Shown piece after piece: positions 10,204 to 21,100 of a DNA stretch of 64,000 bases; position 1 is the stretch's first letter, and every line of letters starts with the position of its first letter. The translations under genes were made by a program, and so were the position numbers. The DNA comes from Cyanobacteriota bacterium (GTDB lineage: Bacteria > Cyanobacteriota > Cyanobacteriia > Cyanobacteriales > Nostocaceae): positions 96,001 to 160,000 of the forward strand of contig JBJOKS010000007.1 of the NCBI GenBank assembly GCA_046045965.1, given 5' to 3'. The notes beneath the pieces are model-generated. The model saw only the letters and a program-made list of their open reading frames with translations. It was not told the DNA's origin and ran no database searches.

Positions 10204-11691
10204 ATGAAATTGATCATAAAAAATTTGGGTCCCATTAAAAATAATACTCAAGCCATTGATTTATCCAAAGATTTTTTTGTGTTTGTTGGACGCAATAATA
10301 GTGGTAAAAGTTATGTAGCTCAATTATTATGGGCAATTTTTAATCAAGATATAATTCATCAATTCGCACGTAAGAATTTAGAAATAATTGATACCCCAAT
10401 GATTGAAAATGTCAATGATGTGGAAGTTAATTCTGAATTACTGGGGAAAATTTTGAACAGTTATAGTTTATTTTTGCAAGAGGAAACACAAAAAGAGATA
10501 TTTAATACGGGTAAACAATCAAAAATATTGAATAATATTGTGATTAAGTTTGATTATGAAATATCTGAATTAAAGGAACAGTCAATTAAAGCAGCTGTAA
10601 AAATAACACATGATGAAGACGATACATTAGAGTATATAGAAGTCAAAAAAGATCAAGGTCATTTAATATATAGATTTGAAGAAAAACAATTACCAGAGAC
10701 TCTTAAAGAAATAATTCCTAAAAAATATTTAGACAGAGATTTACTAGATAAAAAAAAGTTGCTTCTAATTTCGACAATAATTAGAACAATGTTAAAACAT
10801 TATCATGAGACTTTTTTCTTACCAGCTAGTAGGATTTTCTTTCCTACCTTCTATCGTTATATTTATGAAGTTGATAGAAAACAACGTGAACAAGATATCA
10901 AAAAACTTGTAGATTTACTGGAAAATCGTCGGAAAAAAGGTAAAATTGAATTATCGGATGTTGAAGAATTAGATGTTTTTAAAAGAAAATATACAGAACC
11001 GATGAATAAGGTTTTTGAAAAACTTTTTTCTCTAAATCTTGAAGAAAACATTGAAGAACATTATACCAATCTTGTCCAACAGTTACAAGAAATTATTGGA
11101 GGTGAAATAAAACCTATTAGTATGAAAGGAATTAGTCTGATAGAATTTTATTTTAAAATAGATTCTATTGATGAACCTTTACCTATGTATTTAGCTTCTT
11201 CATCTGTAAATCAATTAACACTGATTTATTTATATCTAAAATATTGGGCAGCAGAAAAAGACAATTTTTTAATGATAGATGAACCAGAGGTTAATTTACA
11301 TCCCGAAAATCAGATTAAATTATTAAATATCTTGATACAGTTCATCCAAAACGAAACCAGAAATAAAGTATTAATCACAACCCATAGTTCAATTTTAGCT
11401 AATGCTATTAATAACTACATATATCTGGATGTGCTGAAAAATCAACATGGTGTTAATGTAGAAAAAATTATCGAAGATAATCAATTGTACTATATTGATT
11501 CATCTGTATCTATAGCGAAGGAAAAAGTCGGTGTTTATTTCTTCACAGGTGATAAAATTATAGACTATGAAAGCGGTGATTCTGGTATTTATTTTAGGAA
11601 CTTTAGAGAAGTTGAAAATAATTTAGATAAATCACTTCGCATTCTGACTGATTATATCTACACTCAAGAAAATGAGGTAGATGATGAGTAA
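10204..11691 (+). CDS. ABC/AAA_15-AAA_21-type ATPase
   Basis: IKNLGPI start, Walker A GRNNSGKS, signature-like LASSSVNQL, Walker B/D-loop IDEPEVNLHP, H-loop ITTHS. Confidence 0.9.
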   Translation: MKLIIKNLGPIKNNTQAIDLSKDFFVFVGRNNSGKSYVAQLLWAIFNQDIIHQFARKNLEIIDTPMIENVNDVEVNSELLGKILNSYSLFLQEETQKEIFNTGKQSKILNNIVIKFDYEISELKEQSIKAAVKITHDEDDTLEYIEVKKDQGHLIYRFEEKQLPETLKEIIPKKYLDRDLLDKKKLLLISTIIRTMLKHYHETFFLPASRIFFPTFYRYIYEVDRKQREQDIKKLVDLLENRRKKGKIELSDVEELDVFKRKYTEPMNKVFEKLFSLNLEENIEEHYTNLVQQLQEIIGGEIKPISMKGISLIEFYFKIDSIDEPLPMYLASSSVNQLTLIYLYLKYWAAEKDNFLMIDEPEVNLHPENQIKLLNILIQFIQNETRNKVLITTHSSILANAINNYIYLDVLKNQHGVNVEKIIEDNQLYYIDSSVSIAKEKVGVYFFTGDKIIDYESGDSGIYFRNFREVENNLDKSLRILTDYIYTQENEVDDE

Positions 11692-12406
11692 AACTAATAA
11701 GGGTAAGTATTTTTTAAATCACCCTAACAATACAAATGTTAATTTGTTAAGGGATGAATTACATAAAGCTTTATCTCAACAAGAATTTATTATTGAAATT
11801 CCTGTGAGTGAAAATGAGAATCTTGAAATTACAGAAAAAAATACTAATGCAAAACTGAAAAAGGTACGTATTCAAAAATTAAACTACTGTGATGAAACGT
11901 CAAAAGTAGAAAGAATTTGGAAAATTAACTTAGAAAAAGATATACCCGGTATCTCAACTAGCAGCAGAACTCCTGAATGTGCTATTTTAGTTTTACAAAA
12001 GTATGAAAGTAGTTATAGGTTAAATATTATTTTAATTGAATTAAAATCTAGCATAGATAATAAGGCATTAAAGAACATTGAAGAAAAGTTTAGTTCTGCA
12101 ATGTCAAGAATATATATGTTACTCGTTCTCAATAATCACTTAAATCTCAAGCAAGGTTATAAAGAAGAAGAAATATATGTAGATTTTAAAGGAATTTTAT
12201 TTTATAAAACATTTTCTGAAAAAAGGAAATCTGAAGGTGAAAATGATAGCCAACTGTATTCAATTTTATATGATCCTAAAAAATCAGGAACATTAACTTT
12301 TCAGACAATTTTAAGAGAACAAGATAAAATCAAAGTTAAGTGTTTTTGTCATCAAGATAATGGTTTAGAAGAAATAACAGTAGATTTACAAGCCTTGTTG
12401 TTATAG
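11681..12406 (+). CDS. Hypothetical protein, putative PD-(D/E)xK-like nuclease partner of the ATPase
   Basis: Overlaps the ATPase stop by 11 nt. TPECAILV...ILIELKS motif. Confidence 0.6.
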   Translation: MMSKTNKGKYFLNHPNNTNVNLLRDELHKALSQQEFIIEIPVSENENLEITEKNTNAKLKKVRIQKLNYCDETSKVERIWKINLEKDIPGISTSSRTPECAILVLQKYESSYRLNIILIELKSSIDNKALKNIEEKFSSAMSRIYMLLVLNNHLNLKQGYKEEEIYVDFKGILFYKTFSEKRKSEGENDSQLYSILYDPKKSGTLTFQTILREQDKIKVKCFCHQDNGLEEITVDLQALLL

Positions 12407-12494
12407 ATAATAAATACTTAGTATAAGTGATGAGAACAACTGCTTAAATTATCATCAATTAGGTAATTATTCAGCTATGAAATTTCAGCAAGCC

Positions 12495-13853
12495 CTACTT
12501 AAAAATTAAATCTAACCGTTGCTGCGCTGCTTTCAAGGCTTGTTCTGGGGAAGCTTTACCCAATAAAACCGCTTCAATTGCCCTTCCCAAACTGTCAGAA
12601 ATGCGAGTATAACCAGGAAAAATGGGACGAGAACGCCCATGTTTAGCTTGTTCTAAAAATACCTGAAGTTGTGGTTGTGCTTGTACAAATTCTTGATATT
12701 TCTGACTTTGACGTGATTTAATATTTACAGGTAAATAACCTGTTCCTAAAGCTAATTCTGTTTGGAAGTCTGCACTTAAAGTATATTCAGCAAATTTGAA
12801 AGCGGCTTGTTCTCGTTTTGATGTAGTTTTAAACAAAAACAGATTTTCACCACCAATAACTGTAGCAGGTTTTTGATTAACAGGAATGGGAAATACATCA
12901 AAATCTACACCACTCTGTTTAAATTCTCCCAAACTCCACGGTCCTGTTACCTGCATGGCTACTTTACCATTTACCAAGCTTTCTACCTCATAACCCCGTT
13001 CCAGTCCAGATAGAACTGCGGTATTATTTTTAAGTAAATTTTGCCATAGTTGCAAAGCTGCGATCGCTCCTTCATTACCAGCTAGAACCACATCTGCGGG
13101 ACTTTGTGCATCACCTTTCACCAATTTACCGCCACCACTCCACATAAAAGGCAACCAAGTAAACACCGTAAATTCACCTTTACCAGCAGGTAGCAAAATT
13201 CCATATTGATTGATTTCGCCATCCCCATTAGTATCACGAGTCAATTGTTTAGCAGCTTGCTGTAACTCTTCCCAAGTCTGCGGTACATCAGTAATTCCTG
13301 CGGCTTTGAATAAACTTGGTCTGTAATAAACACCAACATTATTTGTAGCGAACGGAACTGACCAAATTTTACCTTTGTATGCCATTGATGTATACAAAGC
13401 AGGGTCAATTTCTGCTTTAACTGGAGAATTAGCTAATTGATCATCTAAAGGTATTAAAGCACCCAGTTCCACTAATTGACCAGTGATTGTGGGATTATAC
13501 CATAATAAATCAGGTGGCGAATTTCCCACCACTGCTGCTAAAATTTTCGGCATTTGCTGATCTTGCTGACCAACATAAATAGATTCAACTTGGATATCTG
13601 GATGATTTTGATTAAATTTATCTACCAGCTTTTGTAATATATCTCGATTTGCTGGAGGATTCACACCATGCCAGAGAGTAATGTGAATAACTTTGTGAGA
13701 TTTTATAGCTTGACATCCACCTAAAACCAGCATACCCATCAGCAGAACTAGCAGTAAACTACTTAGGTAAAATGGTCGTTTCTTGGATTTAGTGCGAAAA
13801 TTAGAGATAATGAAAAGCTGATACAGATGATTAACCAATTTACGCAATTTCAT
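12495..13853 (-). CDS. Sugar ABC transporter substrate-binding lipoprotein
   Basis: Lipobox-like LGGC, PPDL, SVPF, TWEEL, GKVAM, IGGENL SBP motifs. Confidence 0.9.
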   Translation of the reverse strand: MKLRKLVNHLYQLFIISNFRTKSKKRPFYLSSLLLVLLMGMLVLGGCQAIKSHKVIHITLWHGVNPPANRDILQKLVDKFNQNHPDIQVESIYVGQQDQQMPKILAAVVGNSPPDLLWYNPTITGQLVELGALIPLDDQLANSPVKAEIDPALYTSMAYKGKIWSVPFATNNVGVYYRPSLFKAAGITDVPQTWEELQQAAKQLTRDTNGDGEINQYGILLPAGKGEFTVFTWLPFMWSGGGKLVKGDAQSPADVVLAGNEGAIAALQLWQNLLKNNTAVLSGLERGYEVESLVNGKVAMQVTGPWSLGEFKQSGVDFDVFPIPVNQKPATVIGGENLFLFKTTSKREQAAFKFAEYTLSADFQTELALGTGYLPVNIKSRQSQKYQEFVQAQPQLQVFLEQAKHGRSRPIFPGYTRISDSLGRAIEAVLLGKASPEQALKAAQQRLDLIFK

Positions 13854-13913
13854 CTTTAAAGCTTGATAACTTGCACAATTATCTTATAGCAGGGAATGGT
13901 GAATGCGGAGAAT

Positions 13914-13990
13914 CAAGTCAAAAGTCAAAAGTCAAAAGTCAAAAATTCTGTTCCCTGTTCCCTGTTCCCTGTTCCCTGTTCCCTGTTCCC
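13914..13990 (+). repeat. STRR tandem repeats (AAGTCAA)n then (TGTTCCC)n
   Basis: Directly visible heptamer arrays. Confidence 0.9.
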
Positions 13991-14062
13991 TTCTTTCCCA
14001 ATTACCAATTACCTGCGACGTTATATTCTATCTTGGAATAGATTGTTAATATTTTTCAAGTT

Positions 14063-14815
14063 ATGGCAGGACATAGTAAATGGGCAAATATTAAACGTCA
14101 GAAAGCGGTAGTAGATGCAAAAAGGGGAAATGTCTTTACCCAGCTATCGCGGGCGATTATAGTTGCTGCTAGAAATGGTATACCAGATCCGGCGGGAAAT
14201 TTTCAACTGCGGACAGCCATTGATAAAGCGAAAGCTGCGGGGATTCCCAATGATAATATTGAAAGAGCGATTGCTAAAGGTGCAGGTACTTTTGGCGGTG
14301 ATAACAACAATTTAGAAGAAATTCGCTATGAAGGTTATGGACCCGGTGGAGTAGCGATTTTAATTGAAGCCCTCACAGATAATCGTAATCGCACAGCGGC
14401 TGATTTGCGAGTAGCTTTTAGCAAAAATGGCGGAAATTTGGGTGAAACAGGTTGTGTGAGTTGGATGTTTTCCCAAAAAGGTGTTTGTACGGTAGAGGGT
14501 GTGGTTGATGAAGAACAGCTTTTAGAAGCTTCTCTAGAAGGTGATGCTGAGTCCTATGAAATGATTGCAGAAGAAACGGCTGAGGTTTTTACTGAGGTGA
14601 TAAACTTAGAGAAACTGACTCAGGTATTGAAAGCAAACAGCTTTAATGTTACAGATGTAGAATTACGCTGGATTCCTGGTAATCTGATGGAAGTAACAGA
14701 TACAGATCAGGCTAAATCTCTTCTGAAGTTAATTGATACCTTGGAAGGATTAGATGATGTGCAGAATGTGACAGCTAATTTTGACATGACAGAAAATCTG
14801 ATGACCTGGGAATAG
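14063..14815 (+). CDS. yebC: YebC/PmpR family protein
   Basis: [11 protein letters not shown] start, [21 protein letters not shown]. Confidence 0.96.
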   Translation: MAGHSKWANIKRQKAVVDAKRGNVFTQLSRAIIVAARNGIPDPAGNFQLRTAIDKAKAAGIPNDNIERAIAKGAGTFGGDNNNLEEIRYEGYGPGGVAILIEALTDNRNRTAADLRVAFSKNGGNLGETGCVSWMFSQKGVCTVEGVVDEEQLLEASLEGDAESYEMIAEETAEVFTEVINLEKLTQVLKANSFNVTDVELRWIPGNLMEVTDTDQAKSLLKLIDTLEGLDDVQNVTANFDMTENLMTWE

Positions 14816-14845
14816 GGAATAGGGAATAGGGAATAGGAAATAGGA
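14808..14845 (+). repeat. STRR (GGGAATA)n, which supplies the yebC stop codon
   Basis: gggaatagggaatagggaatagggaatagg. Confidence 0.85.
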
Positions 14846-14980
14846 AAAAGTTGATTATTTTTACCCTACTTCCTGACTCCTGATTCCGGCTATATTTGGT
14901 GAAGTTTTTGTTACATTCAATACTAAAGCTCAGGGAATAGGGAATAATTAAGAAAGAGTTAAGCTCTGAAACTGAGTGGA

Positions 14981-17900
14981 GTGGGTAAAATAACTGATAT
15001 GACAAATCAATATCCTTCTCAGCAAGCAGCGTCTCAAGGCAACCTGCTCAGTCATATCACTGATCGCATTTCTCAAACCTTAGAACTGCCAGATATTTTA
15101 GCGACAACGGCGGCGGAAATACGTAGTTTTCTAAGTATAGATAGAGTCAAAATTTATCGTTTTGATGCAGATGGTAGTGGTGAAGTAGTAGCCGAGTCCA
15201 TCAATGGCGATCGCTTACCATCATTATTAGGATTACACTTTCCCGCCAGCGACATACCCCCCCAAGCCAGAGAACTATTTATCACAGCCCGTCAACGGAT
15301 TATTGTAGACGTAGCATCAGGAAGAAAAACCACCAGCCGCATCAAGTCACCAGGAACTCTTTCCAGTCATAACCAAGAAGATATTCGCTACACACCGGTA
15401 GACACCTGTCACCTCCAATATCTGAAAACAATGGGTGTTACCGCTTCCCTGGCGATGCCAATTTTGTATCAAAATCAACTGTGGGGATTGATGGTAGCGC
15501 ACCACACCCAACCTAGACCCTTTACAGAACAAGAATTACAGATTGTACAGCTTTTAGTAGACCAGTTATTAATTGCGATCGCTCAATCAAACCTATTTGC
15601 ACAAGCCCGACAACAAGCACTGCAAGAAGCAGCAATTAGCCAAATGAAAAACTGGCTTGGCGCTTCCTTAGACAAAGAAGAGATCCGGCTATCCGTCCTT
15701 AAACACATAGTCACCACCTTGGGAGCGAACGGAGGTAGACTCTACATCACGGCTGATATGGCAGAACGGCCAGCGCAGATATACAGATGGGGAGAACAGC
15801 CAAATTACAACTTAATCGAAGAAAGCAAAGTTTGGCAAAACTTAATGGGATGGCAAGGTGTACTCGCAGTCAGTCACCGTCAACCCTCAGAAGTGATGAG
15901 AACCTGGGAAAAAACCGAGTGTTCCATAACTCAACCTGGTGCAGTTTATTCCTACAGCATTGCCGACTTCTGCCAAGATAAACGACTCAAAGCCCTAGTT
16001 ACTGCCTTTGAACATACTAAAATTAAATCCTTACTGATTATACCCCTGCAATATCAGCAGCAGTATTTGGGTTGCCTGACAGTTTTCCGCCCTGAAATTG
16101 AAACAGAAACCCTGTGGGCAGGGCGTTCTCACCCAGATGACCGGAATTTGCGTCCCCGTGAGTCCTTTGCAGCTTGGCGAGAAATTAAAACCGGACAAGC
16201 ACAACCTTGGACCCAAAGCGAAATCAAATTAGCCCAGTCCTTTGGACTACATTTGTATATTGCCGTCATGCAGCAAAGGGTAGAAAATTTACTGCGTCAT
16301 CATACCTCCTGCGATTTACTCACAGGTTTACCAAATCGGCTATTATTTGACGAACTGCTGGCCTTGTCCTTAGTGAATATTCACCAACGGGGCGGGATGT
16401 TGGCAGTGTTATGTTTAGATTTGGATCGATTCAAAAGAATTAATGATAGCTTAGGTCATGCCGTGGGCGATCGCCTCTTACAAACCGTAGCCGAACGCAT
16501 CAAAAGCTGTCTGCGGCCAGGAGATACAGTAGCCCGTTGGGGAGATGACGAATTTACCTTACTACTACCACAAATTAGCTGTGCAGAAGACGCTACCCAA
16601 ATCGCCCAAAAACTGTTAGATGTTATTGCCCAACCCTTGCAGATAGACAAACAAGAACTGCATATCACTGCTAGTATTGGCATTGCCCTAGCACCCTATG
16701 ACGGCGAAGAAGCCGAAACTCTCCTCAAACACGCAGATACTACCCTCAACCGCGCCAAACAACAGGGAAAAAATAATTACCTCTTGTATACAGCTACCAT
16801 GAATGCCACCTCCTTCGAGCGATTGGTATTGGGAAATAACCTTTACAAAGCCCTGGGCAGACAAGAATTACTTCTGCACTACCAACCACAAATAGACCTG
16901 AAAACCGGTCAAATTACAGGCATGGAAGCCTTACTGCGCTGGCATCATCCAGACATGGGGCTAGTTTCCCCCGCCCAATTTATCCCCCTAGCCGAAGAAA
17001 CCGGATTAATCTGTGATATTGGTGAATGGGTATTACGCACCGCTTGTAAACAAAACCGCCTCTGGCAACTAGCCGGACTCCCACCGCTGCGGGTAGCTGT
17101 GAATCTTTCTGCGCGTCAGTTCCAACAACCCAACTTAGTCAAAACCATTACCAAAATTTTACAGGAAACAGAACTAGAACCCCAATATCTAGAACTGGAA
17201 ATTACAGAAACTTTGTTAATGCAAGACGTAGACTTTACCGTTGCGGCTTTACGGGAACTCCAGGCTTTGGGAATTCACATTTCTATGGATGACTTTGGCA
17301 CGGGTTATTCCTCCCTGAGCTTGTTAATGTATTTTCCGCTGAGTAGTTTGAAAATAGATCAGTCTTTCATCCGCAACTTAAGCAAAAGTTCCAGCAACGC
17401 CGCCATTATTACCTCTGTAATTTCCTTGGGACACGGACTGAATTTAACCTTGGTGGCTGAAGGAGTAGAAACTTTAGAAGAATTAGAATTTCTGCGTCTG
17501 GCTAACTGCGATACTGTCCAAGGTTATCTATTAAGTAAACCCCTAAGTGCGGAAGCTGCGACAAAATTCCTCTTAGAAAAATTCCCCCAAGATAGCAAAC
17601 ATCTCCTCAGTCCCAGCGTTGAATCTCCTCCAGTTAACCCCCTCCCCGCCAATGAACCGCAACGGTTAGCCGCACTGCAAAAATATCAAATTCTGGATAC
17701 AGCTGAAGATGCCACCTTTGATGCTCTCACTCGGTTGTCAGCGCGGTTGTGTCAAACTCCTATTGCTTTTATCAGTTTGATAGATGAAAAAAGACAATGG
17801 TTTAAGTCCAAATTGGGTTTAACTATTACAGAAACTCCCAGGGAAATCGCTTTTTGCGCCCACACCATCTGTCAAAATGAGTTGTTAATAGTTGCCGATG

Positions 17901-19762
17901 CTTTAGCTGATCCGCGATTTGCAACTAATCCCCTAGTAACATCTCATCCCAAATTGCGTTTTTATGCCGGTGCGCCCTTGGTGACAAATGATGGTTGGGT
18001 TTTGGGTACTCTCTGTGTGGCAGATTATATACCCAGGGAATTAAACCCGGAACAGCAAGAAACACTGAAAATTCTCGCGGGTCAGGTGATGACTAAGTTG
18101 GAATTACGCCGTCACCAAATTGAAAAACGCCATTTAAAAAAGCAGTTACATCACGTTCATGAATTGAAAGGGCGGCAGCAAGAACTAGCAAACACAATCA
18201 CTGTATATCAACATAAAGAACAGGAATTGGTTGAGCGTGTCAACTTAGCCCAGTTAGCTTCTCATATTGCTGGTATTCTCGGTCAACATCAAAAGTTATC
18301 TGTGTTGCTGCAAAAGTGTACAGCCATCCTGACGCAACATTTGGATATTGCTTATGCAGGAATCTGGTTACAAAATCCAGTCAGCAAGAAAATGGATTTA
18401 GCCGCTAGTGCGGGATCATCTGTATATTTTTATGCGGCTAATTCCTCCGATCATCTTCCTATCAGTGAGTTTAAGGTCAGTTGGATTGCCCAAAATTCTC
18501 AGTTATTCCAAACTAATCAAATCCTGAATGAAGCAGATTTGAACGATAGAGAATGGGTGCAACGAGAACAGTTACAGGCTTTTGCTGGCTATCCTTTAGT
18601 CCTGGATCATTCTGTAGTCGGGGTGATGACAGTATTTAGCCGTCAACCGCTATCCCAGGGGGCTATAGCTCAATTTGTTGCTATTGCTGATGATGTTGCC
18701 CGTTGTGTAGAACACAAACAAACAGAGGAGTTAGTGAAACTGCAAACTCAACGGGAAAGATTAGTTGCCAGTATTACCCAACGCATTCTTCAGTCTTTGG
18801 ATCTCGACGAGATTATGAAGACGACGGTGAAGGAAGTCAGGCAATTTCTGCACACTGACCGGGTAATTATTTACCGCTTTAAGCCAGACTGGACTGGTGT
18901 GGTAGCAATGGAATCTGTGGGTAATGGCTTTAAGCCAATTCTTCGTAGTTTGATTGATGAACCATGTTTTAGAAATGTTTATGTGCCTCAGTATCGCCAA
19001 GGTAGAGTGAGAGCGATTGATGATATTTATACTGCGGGTATAGGTCAGTGTCACTTAGATTTATTGGCTGAGTTTCAGGTCAGAGCTAATTTGGTAGTAC
19101 CGATCATTCAAGGTGAAGAGTTATGGGGTTTGTTAATTGCCCATCATTGTAGTTGTCCGCGTCATTGGCGACAATTGGAAGTTAGCTTGTTGAGTCAGTT
19201 GGCTACGCAAGTGGCGATCGCAATTAAACAATCTGAATTATATCAACAGGTGCAACGTCAGGCTACAGTCGATGGCTTAACCCAAATTCCCAACCGTCGC
19301 CGCTTTGATGAATACTTCCAGCAAGTTTGGCAACAGATGGAGGCTATACAAGCACCTCTATCAATCATTCTCTGCGATATCGACTTTTTCAAATTTTACA
19401 ATGATACCTATGGACATCCGGCTGGGGATGATTGTTTGCGACAAGTAGCCGCTGCTATTAACAAAGCCGGAAATCGTCCAGGTGATTTAGTGGCTCGTTA
19501 TGGCGGTGAGGAGTTTGTCATTGTGCTGCCAAATACATCTGCATTAGGGGCTGTACAAGTAGCAGAACGCATTCGCGCTGAGGTGAAAGCTTTAGAAATT
19601 TCTCACGAAAAGTCTCTTGTGAGTCAGTATGTGACTCTCAGTTTAGGAGTTGCTAGTCTTATTCCTGCTGCTAATTCATCTCCTGCTGCTTTAATTGCAT
19701 CTGCTGATGATGCTCTTTATCAGGCTAAAGCTCAAGGACGTGATTGTTTACGGTTGGGTTGA
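14981..19762 (+). CDS. Cph2-like knotless phytochrome / diguanylate cyclase-phosphodiesterase (GAF-GAF-GGDEF*-EAL-GAF-GAF-CBCR GAF-GGDEF)
   Basis: HFPASDIP and VDTCHLQYL (bilin Cys), PRESF tongue, WGDDEF, MEALLRW/DDFGTGYSS, EPCF..CH CBCR, RYGGEEF. Start may be the ATG at 14999. Confidence 0.88.
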   Translation: MGKITDMTNQYPSQQAASQGNLLSHITDRISQTLELPDILATTAAEIRSFLSIDRVKIYRFDADGSGEVVAESINGDRLPSLLGLHFPASDIPPQARELFITARQRIIVDVASGRKTTSRIKSPGTLSSHNQEDIRYTPVDTCHLQYLKTMGVTASLAMPILYQNQLWGLMVAHHTQPRPFTEQELQIVQLLVDQLLIAIAQSNLFAQARQQALQEAAISQMKNWLGASLDKEEIRLSVLKHIVTTLGANGGRLYITADMAERPAQIYRWGEQPNYNLIEESKVWQNLMGWQGVLAVSHRQPSEVMRTWEKTECSITQPGAVYSYSIADFCQDKRLKALVTAFEHTKIKSLLIIPLQYQQQYLGCLTVFRPEIETETLWAGRSHPDDRNLRPRESFAAWREIKTGQAQPWTQSEIKLAQSFGLHLYIAVMQQRVENLLRHHTSCDLLTGLPNRLLFDELLALSLVNIHQRGGMLAVLCLDLDRFKRINDSLGHAVGDRLLQTVAERIKSCLRPGDTVARWGDDEFTLLLPQISCAEDATQIAQKLLDVIAQPLQIDKQELHITASIGIALAPYDGEEAETLLKHADTTLNRAKQQGKNNYLLYTATMNATSFERLVLGNNLYKALGRQELLLHYQPQIDLKTGQITGMEALLRWHHPDMGLVSPAQFIPLAEETGLICDIGEWVLRTACKQNRLWQLAGLPPLRVAVNLSARQFQQPNLVKTITKILQETELEPQYLELEITETLLMQDVDFTVAALRELQALGIHISMDDFGTGYSSLSLLMYFPLSSLKIDQSFIRNLSKSSSNAAIITSVISLGHGLNLTLVAEGVETLEELEFLRLANCDTVQGYLLSKPLSAEAATKFLLEKFPQDSKHLLSPSVESPPVNPLPANEPQRLAALQKYQILDTAEDATFDALTRLSARLCQTPIAFISLIDEKRQWFKSKLGLTITETPREIAFCAHTICQNELLIVADALADPRFATNPLVTSHPKLRFYAGAPLVTNDGWVLGTLCVADYIPRELNPEQQETLKILAGQVMTKLELRRHQIEKRHLKKQLHHVHELKGRQQELANTITVYQHKEQELVERVNLAQLASHIAGILGQHQKLSVLLQKCTAILTQHLDIAYAGIWLQNPVSKKMDLAASAGSSVYFYAANSSDHLPISEFKVSWIAQNSQLFQTNQILNEADLNDREWVQREQLQAFAGYPLVLDHSVVGVMTVFSRQPLSQGAIAQFVAIADDVARCVEHKQTEELVKLQTQRERLVASITQRILQSLDLDEIMKTTVKEVRQFLHTDRVIIYRFKPDWTGVVAMESVGNGFKPILRSLIDEPCFRNVYVPQYRQGRVRAIDDIYTAGIGQCHLDLLAEFQVRANLVVPIIQGEELWGLLIAHHCSCPRHWRQLEVSLLSQLATQVAIAIKQSELYQQVQRQATVDGLTQIPNRRRFDEYFQQVWQQMEAIQAPLSIILCDIDFFKFYNDTYGHPAGDDCLRQVAAAINKAGNRPGDLVARYGGEEFVIVLPNTSALGAVQVAERIRAEVKALEISHEKSLVSQYVTLSLGVASLIPAANSSPAALIASADDALYQAKAQGRDCLRLG

Positions 19763-19765
19763 GGT

Positions 19766-19921
19766 GCAGGAGGCAGGGGAGCAGGGGAGCAGGGGAGCAG
19801 GGGACGCAGGGGAAGCAGGGGACGCAGGGGAAGCAGGGGACGCAGGGGAGGCAGGGGGAGGTTAATAACCCAATGACCAATGACCAATTACCAATGACCA
19901 ATTACCAATTATCAATTACCA
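19766..19921 (+). repeat. (GCAGGGGA)-based and (CCAATGA/CCAATTA) tandem repeats between convergent genes
   Basis: Directly visible. Confidence 0.85.
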
Positions 19922-20716
19922 TTAATTACCTGTGAGTTTAACTAAACCAATACCACCAAAATAAAGCCCTAAAACTGCTCCCGCTAACAGACTTTGAGTT
20001 AAAGGGTCAGTAGAAGGAGTGAGAACTGCTCCCAAAACCACTGCAAACATAATTACAAACCGCCAACCAGCCAGCATTTGTGCTGAAGAAACAATACCTA
20101 AACTACTTAACAATAATTGAATCACTGGAACTTGAAATGCTAACCCAGTGCTAAATAACAACAACAACACAAATTCAAAATATTTTTCAATTGACCACAG
20201 TTGTTCTACCACATCTGCACCGTAGCTGATGAAGAATTGCAACGCTGCGGGAATCAGGAGAAAATAAGCAAATACTAACCCACCCAAAAACAGCACGCTC
20301 GAACCCAAAACCACAGGACCCAACAAACGACGTTCACGACGAGTCAAACCGGGAAGTACAAACTGAGCAATTTGGTAAAGAATAAAAGGACTGGAAAGCA
20401 CTAAACCACTGTAACCAGCTACTTTGAAAGAGACAAAGAAATATTCTCCCGGTGCTAGTTGCAGGAATTTTATACCATGCGCGGGGATTTCCAGTAACTG
20501 CACAAGAGGTTTAACGACAATAAAACAACCGATCACACCCACCGCTACAGCAATTAAAGAATAAAAAATCCGCCATCGCAATTCTTCCAGGTGGTCAGAT
20601 AAGGACATTTCTACCTCATCTGGTAACTCATCAAGGTTATCAACTGCTGAGTTACCGTATCCTTCCCTTTCAATATCGGGAGAATTGATAGTCTCTATGT
20701 CTGGTAAAGGTGTCAT
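19922..20716 (-). CDS. tatC: Twin-arginine translocase subunit TatC
   Basis: [37 protein letters not shown]. Confidence 0.96.
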   Translation of the reverse strand: MTPLPDIETINSPDIEREGYGNSAVDNLDELPDEVEMSLSDHLEELRWRIFYSLIAVAVGVIGCFIVVKPLVQLLEIPAHGIKFLQLAPGEYFFVSFKVAGYSGLVLSSPFILYQIAQFVLPGLTRRERRLLGPVVLGSSVLFLGGLVFAYFLLIPAALQFFISYGADVVEQLWSIEKYFEFVLLLLFSTGLAFQVPVIQLLLSSLGIVSSAQMLAGWRFVIMFAVVLGAVLTPSTDPLTQSLLAGAVLGLYFGGIGLVKLTGN

Positions 20717-20803
20717 GAGTCAATTTTTAGGCAACATTCCTTAACTATTTTATCTGCCAGCGGACTAGCAATAGAGCTTTTTTTGGCTTTGGGGGATTTT
20801 TCC

Positions 20804-20950
20804 TTACTGTCGTGTCAGGTAATTAGCTGCCTCTTCTAAGGTTTGAATTAAATTTTCTAGCGTATAAATAGATTTATCTTGGTCAGAATTACTGACTTCA
20901 GTAGAAACTTGTGTTGAGTTCTGGGCTAAACTCTGGCTAATAGTTTGCAT
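20804..20950 (-). CDS. Candidate small protein (48 aa; 55 aa from ATG 20971)
   Basis: MQTISQSLAQNSTQVSTEVSNSDQDKSIYTLENLIQTLEEAANYLTRQ, read manually in an otherwise empty 500-bp gap. Confidence 0.45.
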   Translation of the reverse strand: MQTISQSLAQNSTQVSTEVSNSDQDKSIYTLENLIQTLEEAANYLTRQ

Positions 20951-21100
20951 TGTCTTTTTACCCTTAGTCATTAATATAGGAACTGGTCGAACACTATGGA
21001 ATTACTATAAATGATATACGGATAAAAATACGGAGATTCTCTGATGTTTCATGTAATTTTTAACAGATAACCCCGTGTCTTCACTGTTGCTTTAAAATTA

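Noticed and set aside
19744..19935. 63-aa ORF with QG repeats (likewise 13896-14111 and 14775-15005)
   Set aside because: These are translations of STRR tandem repeats.
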